Source of the DNA: Acidimicrobiales bacterium
GTDB taxonomy: Bacteria > Actinomycetota > Acidimicrobiia > Acidimicrobiales > SZUA-35
NCBI GenBank assembly: GCA_041394265.1
Contig: JAWKIO010000005.1
Coordinates: 3,239,401 to 3,303,400, forward strand
Direction of reading: 5' to 3'
DNA length: 64,000 bases
Part shown: in pieces, positions 27,890 to 34,054 of the stretch
Position numbering within the stretch: the first letter of the stretch is position 1
Layout of the letters: the number at the start of each line of letters is the position of its first letter
Notes under the pieces: model-generated
The model's input: the letters and a program-made list of their open reading frames with translations, nothing else
Databases searched by the model: none
Told to the model about the DNA's origin: nothing
Position numbers and translations under genes: made by a program

Positions 27890-28672
27890 ATGCCCGAGGG
27901 AGTCGAGATCGAGCTGTACCGGCGTACCGCCGACCAGGCGGTGGGTCGCCGTATCGCGTCGGTCGACACGCCCGACGAGTGGTACCTGAAAGAAGGCACC
28001 TCACCCGACGAGGTCGCGGCCGCCTGCGTCGGCGCCGAAGTGATCGCCACCCGTCGGATCGGCAAGCTGCTGCTCCTCGACCTGTCGAGTGGCCATGTGC
28101 TCGGGTTGCGTTTCGGGATGACTGGACGCCTGATCGTCGATGGCACGGCCTCGATCGAGTACCTCGAGTACTCGAGCACCCGTGACGATCCGGCGTGGGA
28201 CCGGTTCGTGATCCATTTCGCCGACGAAGGGAGTCTGCGGATCCGCGATCCGCGTCGCCTGGGCGGCGTCGTCATCGACCCCGACGAGTCGAGGCTCGGT
28301 GCCGATGCGTTCACGATCGACGCCGAGCGGCTGCGAGCGCGGGTCCTGGTGGGCGACGTGGCACTCAAGGCCCGGCTCCTCGATCAGCAGCGCATCGCCG
28401 GGATCGGCAACCTCATCGCCGACGAGACGCTGTGGCGGGCACGGCTCGATCCGGCTCGACCCGCACGGTCGCTCGACGATGTCGAGGCCGAGCGGTTGCT
28501 CGCCACATTGCACGAGGTACTGGGCGACTTCGTTCGTGACGGTGGCTCACACACGGGGGTCCTCATGTCGGCACGGGCACGCGGCGCGCACTGCCCTCGC
28601 TGTGGGACCGAGCTCGACCGTCGGACCATCGGCGGGAGAACCACGTTCTCTTGTCCCCGGGAGCAAGTGTGA
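27890..28672 (+). CDS. Fpg/Nei-family DNA glycosylase / AP lyase
   Basis: The real part of ORF 27668..28672. The N-terminus MPEGVEIE carries the catalytic Pro2 and Glu3. An H2TH region is present. The C-terminal CPRC...SCPRE zinc-finger-like segment lacks its 4th Cys. Confidence 0.8.
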   Translation: MPEGVEIELYRRTADQAVGRRIASVDTPDEWYLKEGTSPDEVAAACVGAEVIATRRIGKLLLLDLSSGHVLGLRFGMTGRLIVDGTASIEYLEYSSTRDDPAWDRFVIHFADEGSLRIRDPRRLGGVVIDPDESRLGADAFTIDAERLRARVLVGDVALKARLLDQQRIAGIGNLIADETLWRARLDPARPARSLDDVEAERLLATLHEVLGDFVRDGGSHTGVLMSARARGAHCPRCGTELDRRTIGGRTTFSCPREQV

Positions 28673-29142
28673 GTCCGCTAGATTCGACCGAAGTGTCCGG
28701 TCTTCTCATCGCCCAAGAGAGCGTCACCAGCACCACGGTCAAGTGGTTCATCGCCGCCCTGCTCCTCGTTGCTGTGCTTCTGACGGTGTTGACGGTTTGG
28801 TACTGGCGACACACCGACCCGTATCGTCGACTGGCCGAGCAACGCCGAGCGCCGGTCGATCGTGGACCCGAGCCACGGCCCGCTCCGCTCCCGGCCCAAT
28901 CGTCACCGAGTCACCAGTCCCCAAGCCAGCAGGAATGGGGCGGGACCGCAGCTCCCAGCGCGTCCGACGCCGCCGCCGACGCTCGTCGTCGTGCCGCCGC
29001 CGGAGGGATGGCATCGGGCGCCGCTCAGTTCTCCGCCCCAGGCGGGTACCCGACGGCTCCTCCCACCGCCGACGACGATCTCGAGGCCGACGATTGGCTG
29101 CGGCTCACCGGCCCTCAGGCGCTGCCGCGCAACGACGTCTGA
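28669..29142 (+). CDS. Hypothetical single-pass membrane protein with a Pro/Ser/Ala-rich tail
   Basis: ORF 28651..29142. GTG at 28669 overlaps the fpg-like stop as GTGA. One clear TM helix (WFIAALLLVAVLLTVLTVWYW). No recognisable domain, and the start is uncertain. Confidence 0.45.
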   Translation: MSPLDSTEVSGLLIAQESVTSTTVKWFIAALLLVAVLLTVLTVWYWRHTDPYRRLAEQRRAPVDRGPEPRPAPLPAQSSPSHQSPSQQEWGGTAAPSASDAAADARRRAAAGGMASGAAQFSAPGGYPTAPPTADDDLEADDWLRLTGPQALPRNDV

Positions 29143-29179
29143 GTCGGGGCCTGGCCGGGCGCTTCGCTAGGGTGAGGCG

Positions 29180-29404
29180 ATGGCTGAGAGTTTTGACGTC
29201 GACGCAATGATCGAGCGGTACCGGCAACGGGCCGAGGCGGTGAAGAAGCGCAACCTGCCGCCGGTCGGCGGCGATGAGCGCAAGGCGTTCATCCAGCAGG
29301 CCGAGCAGGACTTCATGGACTACGCCGTGATCGCCGACGCCAAGGGCGAGTTGGAGGGCGGGATCCTCACCCTCACCATCGACATGCGACCCCCGAGCGA
29401 ATGA
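29180..29404 (+). CDS. Small hypothetical protein (74 aa)
   Basis: ATG preceded by GGTGAGG. The composition looks balanced and protein-like (MAESFDVDAMIERYRQRAEAVKKRNL...). I recognise no family. Confidence 0.55.
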   Translation: MAESFDVDAMIERYRQRAEAVKKRNLPPVGGDERKAFIQQAEQDFMDYAVIADAKGELEGGILTLTIDMRPPSE

Positions 29405-29488
29405 TCCCGACGTCGCTCCTTTGCTTTCGCGATGTTTGCTCAGGAGTTGTTTGATTCCGGTAGGTGATCGCTATGATTGCCTGCTCAT

Positions 29489-29564
29489 GCGGACGTAGCT
29501 CAGCTGGTAGAGCATCACCTTGCCAAGGTGAGGGTCGCGGGTTCAAATCTCGTCGTCCGCTCCA
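29489..29564 (+). tRNA. tRNA-Gly (anticodon GCC), CCA encoded
   Basis: Hand-folded cloverleaf. Acceptor stem GCGGACG/CGTCCGC. D arm GCTC-AGCTGGTA-GAGC. Anticodon arm TCACC-TTGCCAA-GGTGA. T arm GCGGG-TTCAAAT-CTCGT. Discriminator U, then CCA. Confidence 0.95.
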
Positions 29565-29577
29565 GAAACACCCGGTC

Positions 29578-29601
29578 AGAGGCCCACTTCGGTGGGCCTC
29601 T
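29578..29601 (+). terminator. Hairpin terminator after tRNA-Gly
   Basis: AGAGGCCCAC-ttcg-GTGGGCCTCT has a 10-bp perfect stem with a UUCG tetraloop. It starts 14 nt after the tRNA. Confidence 0.7.
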
Positions 29602-29627
29602 TCCGCGTCCCCACTGGTCCTCAGCCA

Positions 29628-29736
29628 GTTCTCGAGACCCAGAGCGACACCACCCCCCGTTCTGGAGACCCCGAGCGTCAGTTCTGACGCCAGGGCTCTC
29701 CAGTTCGCAGCCGGTGACGCTCAGGCTCTCCGGTTC
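29628..29736. repeat. Structured intergenic repeat, copy B (four 23-bp units)
   Basis: Units are at 29628-29650, 29659-29681, 29684-29706 (inverted) and 29714-29736 (inverted). It ends 10 nt from the SDR stop codon. Confidence 0.85.
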
Positions 29737-29745
29737 CGACTCGGA

Positions 29746-30528
29746 TCAGTCGGCGGCGTCGATGCGAGCTTGGAGTTTGCGCATGCCCCGCAGCCACTTC
29801 TCGGACTCGTTGGTCTTGAACTCCATCCAGTCCTGGGCGATGGGGTCGGTCAGGATCAAGAAGCGCTCCTCGGCCAACGCGTCGCTCACCTGCTGGGCGA
29901 CTTCCTCGGGTTCCCGGATCGGACCGGCGGCCGTGCGGCCCCACTCGCTGTCGGCCGCGTCGCCGAGCATCGGGGTGCGGACACCGAGCGGCGCCAGCAG
30001 ATAGGTCCGAATGCCCTGACCGTGATAGGTGATCGCCATCCATTCGGCGAGTCCGACGACGGCATGCTTCGACGTGGCATAGGGCGCATTGCCGTGGCTG
30101 GTGAGAATGCCGGCCATCGACGCCGTGTGGAGGATGTGCCCCTCACCGCGAGCGAGCATCGAGGGCAGGACTGCCCGGATGGCATGGACGTGGCTCATCA
30201 CGTTGATGTCCCACTGACGCTGCCACTCGTCGATCGGTGTCGACAGGGGGTCGCCGCCGCTGGCGATTCCCGCGTTGTTGCACAACAGATCGATCGGGCC
30301 GTGGCGTTCCTCGACGCCGAGGAGAAGGGCGGTGATCTGCTCGGCGTCGGCGACATCGACCACGGCCGCCTCACCGCCGATGGCGTCGGCCACCGCTCGC
30401 GCATGGTCACCATCACGGTCGACGACGACCACGATCCGTGCGCCGTCGGCGGCGAAGCGTTCACACATCGCCTTGCCGATCCCGCTGCCGCCCCCGGTCA
30501 CCACGCACACTCGGCCTTCGACTCGCAT
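29746..30528 (-). CDS. Short-chain dehydrogenase/reductase (SDR)
   Basis: ORF 29746..30660. ATG at 30528 is preceded by GGAGAGGA. Contains the cofactor motif VVTGGGSGIGKA, NNAG, and the catalytic Y-x3-K (YATSK). Confidence 0.9.
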   Translation of the reverse strand: MRVEGRVCVVTGGGSGIGKAMCERFAADGARIVVVVDRDGDHARAVADAIGGEAAVVDVADAEQITALLLGVEERHGPIDLLCNNAGIASGGDPLSTPIDEWQRQWDINVMSHVHAIRAVLPSMLARGEGHILHTASMAGILTSHGNAPYATSKHAVVGLAEWMAITYHGQGIRTYLLAPLGVRTPMLGDAADSEWGRTAAGPIREPEEVAQQVSDALAEERFLILTDPIAQDWMEFKTNESEKWLRGMRKLQARIDAAD

Positions 30529-30637
30529 CTCGTCCTCTCCTCGGTCGGGCCGCTCGGCCCGTTCAGGCGACGCTAGTGCACACGGTCGCCCGTGGCCGCC
30601 TGGCGGGGCGCCGGGTGCGACACCACCGCCAGCGCTG

Positions 30638-30747
30638 GTTCTCGAGAGCCAGAGCGACACTCTTCCTCGTTCTGGAGAGCCACGGCGTCAGTTCTGACGC
30701 TGGGGCTCTCGAGTTCGGTGGGGTGTGTCGCTGTGGGTCTCAGGTTC
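30638..30747. repeat. Structured intergenic repeat, copy C (four 23-bp units plus a partial fifth at about 30754-30774)
   Basis: Units are at 30638-30660, 30669-30691, 30694-30716 (inverted) and 30725-30747 (inverted). It matches copy B at 87 of 109 positions by hand alignment. Units are better conserved than spacers. Confidence 0.85.
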
Positions 30748-30781
30748 GGACAGGTTCCGTCGAGACGCGACAAGCAGGCGA

Positions 30782-31660
30782 TCAGGCGAAGTGGGCGATC
30801 ACGTCGGTGGTCAGGTGGTCGAGGTGGCGGAGGGTGTCGTCGGTCGAGATCACATTCATGCTGGGCGGGAACAGCACGATCCGCTCGACCCCGAGCTCGG
30901 CGTACTTCTCGAAACGAGCGAGGTTCACACTGAACGAGTGGATCGTGATGGGGATGGCGTCGGCGTCGCGGCCGGCCTCGGTGGCGAGGCGGCGGAACAG
31001 CTCGATGGCGCCGGCAACATCGGGGCGCCCGTTGGTGTTGAGCATCGACGCATCGATCGGACACCACTCGTCGGCGTATTCGGCGGCGTGCTGGATCCCG
31101 ACCGGACCGGCGTTGCCGAGCGCCACCGGCACCGTCCCCCGCACCGGTTTGGGATAGACGTAGGAGTCGGTGAACGAATCCCAACGGCCATCGAACGACG
31201 CCCGCTCGTCACCCCAGCACGTTCGCAGCGCCGCCACCCGTTCTCGCATGGCGCTGTAGCGCAGCTTGAATGGGAGGTCGGGTCGATGATTGGCGAGTTC
31301 CTCCTCATTCCACCCGACACCGATCCCGAGTTTGAAGCGGCCGTTCGAGAGCACGTCGAGCGACGCGGTGGCGCAGGCGAGATCGAGGAGGTCGTGCTCG
31401 AGCACCAGGCAGATGCCGGTGTAGAGCTCGAGGGTCGACGAGGCCGACGCCGCCGCCATCAGCGACAGCAGCGGATCCATCATGTGGTAGTAGCTCGACG
31501 GGAGCTCGCCCCCGGACGGGTAGGGCGTGGTTCTGTCGGCCGGAATGTGGCTGTGCTCGGGCATCCAGATCGAATCGAAGCCACGAGCCTCGAGCTCGGT
31601 GGCCAGATGATCGGGCCGGATGCCCGCCGCGTCGTTGTGGGAGAGGTAGCCGAACTTCAT
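30782..31660 (-). CDS. LLM-class (luciferase-like) oxidoreductase, F420- or flavin-dependent
   Basis: The real part of ORF 30782..31969. ATG at 31660 (MKFGYLSHNDAAG...GFDSIWMPEHSH). Confidence 0.8.
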   Translation of the reverse strand: MKFGYLSHNDAAGIRPDHLATELEARGFDSIWMPEHSHIPADRTTPYPSGGELPSSYYHMMDPLLSLMAAASASSTLELYTGICLVLEHDLLDLACATASLDVLSNGRFKLGIGVGWNEEELANHRPDLPFKLRYSAMRERVAALRTCWGDERASFDGRWDSFTDSYVYPKPVRGTVPVALGNAGPVGIQHAAEYADEWCPIDASMLNTNGRPDVAGAIELFRRLATEAGRDADAIPITIHSFSVNLARFEKYAELGVERIVLFPPSMNVISTDDTLRHLDHLTTDVIAHFA

Positions 31661-31731
31661 GTCCGAACGCTGCCCGGCGGCAGCTGGGTGGTCAAGTCGT
31701 TCGGCGTACACCCTCGCCGGACGAGTGAGGC

Positions 31732-33225
31732 TCAGCCCATCATCCCGCCGAGGTCGAGCCAGGCGTAGCGAGGTAGCTCTGGCATCTCGGCAACCGGCAC
31801 GTCTTCGCACCCGGCGGGCACCGGCTGTGAATGGTGCGGTGCGTCCAGGAGTCGGGACTGCTCCCGCCACATCGCTGCCTTCAGATCCTCGCGGATCTCG
31901 GCGTAGGCCGGATCGTTGTAGCAGTTGTTGACCTCGGTGGGGTCGGCGTCGAGATCGTACAACTCCCACTCGGGGGCGTAGGAGAAGAAGCTGGTGAACG
32001 GGAGCCCGAAGCCGTCGTTGTAGAAGTAGATCAGCTTGTAGCGATCGGTGCGGTAGCCGTAGTGGGCGGGCGCCTTGTGGATGATGTCGTCGTTCTCCCA
32101 GTAGCGGTAGTAGAAGCCCTCGACCGGGTCCTGCTCCCCACCGACGAGATCCGGCCAGAAGCTGCGGCCCTGCATTCGCTCGTGCGGCTCGACACCGGCA
32201 GCGTCGAGGATGGTCTGCGCCATGTCGACGTTGGTGACGATGCCGTCGTGTACCCGGCCGGCGGGAACGGCATTCGGGTAGCTGAGGACGAACGGCATCC
32301 GAAGCGACTCTTCGTACATGAGTCGCTTGTCGAACCAGCCGTGGTCGCCGAGGAAGAAGCCCTGGTCGGACGAATACATGAGCATGGTGTCGTCGAACTC
32401 GCCACGGTCGCGGAGCCAGTCCATGAGTCGGCCGACGTTCTCGTCGACCGAGTGCACGCAGGCGAGGTAGTCACGCATGTAGCGCTGGTACTTCCAGATT
32501 GCCTGCTCCTCGTAGGTGAGACCCTCGGGCGGATCCTCCTTGAGATCGGTCGTGGTCAGATGGTCGGCGACCCGCATGGCCGTGCGACGAACCGATGCGC
32601 TACGGGTGGCGTAGTCATCCCAGAACGTCTCCGGGAGCGGGCGGGGTTCTTCGAACATCGCCTGGTGCTCGGGCTTCGGCAGCCACTCACGGTGCGGTGC
32701 CTTGTGCCAGACGAGCATGCAGTAGGGCTGATCGTCGTCGAGCGACTCGACCCAGCTGGTGGCGAGATCGGTGATGATGTCGGTGGCGTAGCCCTCGACC
32801 GTGCGGCGGCCCTCGGCACTGATGAAGGTGGGGTTCCAGTAGTCGCCCTGCCCGGGAACGACGTCCCAGTAGTCGAAGCCCTGCGGGTCCCGGCCCTCGC
32901 CGTGACCCATGTGCCACTTGCCGATCATGGCGGTCTTGTAGCCGGCCTCGCGCAGCAGCGAGATGAAGGTCGGCTGGCTGGCGTCGATCGGAGTGAAGAG
33001 CGAGTAGACGCCATTGATGTGGCTGTAGGTACCCGTGAGGATGGCGGCCCGTGAGGGTGTGCACAGGGAGTTGGTGACGAAGCAGCGATCGAATCGGACG
33101 CCGTGCTCGGCGATCTCGTCGATGCGAGGGGTCTCGTTGACGACGGACCCGTAACACCCGATGGAGTGGGCGGCGTGGTCGTCGGTGAGGACGAAGACGA
33201 GATTGGGTCGGCGCGTGGCGGTCAC
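31732..33225 (-). CDS. Sulfatase (formylglycine-dependent type, canonical motif)
   Basis: ORF 31732..33291. GTG at 33225 is preceded by GGAG 7 nt upstream (VTATRRPNLVFVLTDDH). The canonical C-T-P-S-R-AAILTG signature is present. Confidence 0.85.
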   Translation of the reverse strand: MTATRRPNLVFVLTDDHAAHSIGCYGSVVNETPRIDEIAEHGVRFDRCFVTNSLCTPSRAAILTGTYSHINGVYSLFTPIDASQPTFISLLREAGYKTAMIGKWHMGHGEGRDPQGFDYWDVVPGQGDYWNPTFISAEGRRTVEGYATDIITDLATSWVESLDDDQPYCMLVWHKAPHREWLPKPEHQAMFEEPRPLPETFWDDYATRSASVRRTAMRVADHLTTTDLKEDPPEGLTYEEQAIWKYQRYMRDYLACVHSVDENVGRLMDWLRDRGEFDDTMLMYSSDQGFFLGDHGWFDKRLMYEESLRMPFVLSYPNAVPAGRVHDGIVTNVDMAQTILDAAGVEPHERMQGRSFWPDLVGGEQDPVEGFYYRYWENDDIIHKAPAHYGYRTDRYKLIYFYNDGFGLPFTSFFSYAPEWELYDLDADPTEVNNCYNDPAYAEIREDLKAAMWREQSRLLDAPHHSQPVPAGCEDVPVAEMPELPRYAWLDLGGMMG

Positions 33226-33275
33226 ATGGTCTCCTGTTGTGCGGCGACGGTCGGTCGCAGCGTCGTTGCCCGATG

Positions 33276-33312
33276 ATTGCACTTGTGGCATAGTCGATCG
33301 CGCAAGTGCAAT
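33276..33312. promoter_or_regulatory. Candidate operator: perfect 10-bp inverted repeat ATTGCACTTG-N17-CAAGTGCAAT
   Basis: Arms are at 33276-33285 and 33303-33312, in the divergent region between the sulfatase and PadR-type genes. Confidence 0.45.
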
Positions 33313-33388
33313 AGTGCGCGACGACGGGGCCCACCGTCAACCAGGCAGCCGTCACCAGCTCCGTCGACGTACGGCATCGGGAGGTTCG

Positions 33389-34036
33389 ATGTCCAGAGTC
33401 AAACTCGAGTTCATCCTGCTCGGTGCGCTCCTGCAGCGCCCGCAGACCGGCTACGAGCTTCAACGATTCATGGAGACGACCGGGCGCTTTCTGCGGGTCA
33501 ACACGTCGATGACCCAGGTGTACCGCAGCCTGCGGTCGATGGACGACGCCGGCTGGCTGGCGCATCGGGTCGAGCCTCGGCAGGGAGCGCAGGATGCCAA
33601 GCGGTATTCGGTGACCGAGGCCGGAGCGCAAGCCTTCGGCGACTGGCTCGGCGAGCCGTACGAACCCGGCCGCTCACCTGGAGGAGAGGAGTTCGTCGTC
33701 CAGCTGCGGTTTCGGGCCGAGTTCTTAGGGTGCGAGGCGGTGATCCAGCTCCTTGATGTCGAACTCGAGTTCTGGGAGCAGCACAAGGCCCGATACCGGC
33801 ATCGCGACCGCACGGAGCTGTACTCGGCCGATGCCCCGATCGACGTGGACTGCGTAGGGGCCATCCTGAATTGGGAGCACCTGCGGGGCGCGGCCCTCGT
33901 CGACGCCCATCTCGCGGCATTGCGGGAGCTGCGGAGCGTTCTCGCAGCTGGCGACTGGCCGGCACCTGAGCTACCGAATCCTCTCGTCGTGGTCCCTTCA
34001 GCAGTCGACGACCCAGGGGCGGGTGCCATCAGCTGA
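33389..34036 (+). CDS. PadR-family transcriptional regulator
   Basis: The real part of ORF 33161..34036. ATG at 33389 is preceded by GGGAGG. The winged helix LLGALLQRPQTGYELQRFME...VYRSLRSMDDAGWL is typical of PadR. Confidence 0.8.
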   Translation: MSRVKLEFILLGALLQRPQTGYELQRFMETTGRFLRVNTSMTQVYRSLRSMDDAGWLAHRVEPRQGAQDAKRYSVTEAGAQAFGDWLGEPYEPGRSPGGEEFVVQLRFRAEFLGCEAVIQLLDVELEFWEQHKARYRHRDRTELYSADAPIDVDCVGAILNWEHLRGAALVDAHLAALRELRSVLAAGDWPAPELPNPLVVVPSAVDDPGAGAIS

Positions 34037-34054
34037 GCCTGGTAGAGTTCGCGA

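Noticed and set aside
29405-29488. A promoter for tRNA-Gly, with TATGAT at 29472-29477 and TTGATT at 29451-29456.
   Set aside because: The -10-like hexamer is plausibly placed, 11 nt before the tRNA 5' end. But the best -35-like hexamers give 15- or 19-nt spacers, so this is too weak to list as a feature.
29628-30747. Whether the repeated 23-bp units could be a CRISPR array.
   Set aside because: Spacers between units are only 2-8 nt. Units occur in both orientations in a fixed 2+2 pattern. The same element recurs at distant loci, and there are no cas genes.
29489-33300. A genomic island integrated at tRNA-Gly.
   Set aside because: There is no integrase or recombinase. I could not find a direct repeat of the tRNA 3' end downstream. 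By eye there is no composition shift. The downstream genes are ordinary metabolic genes.
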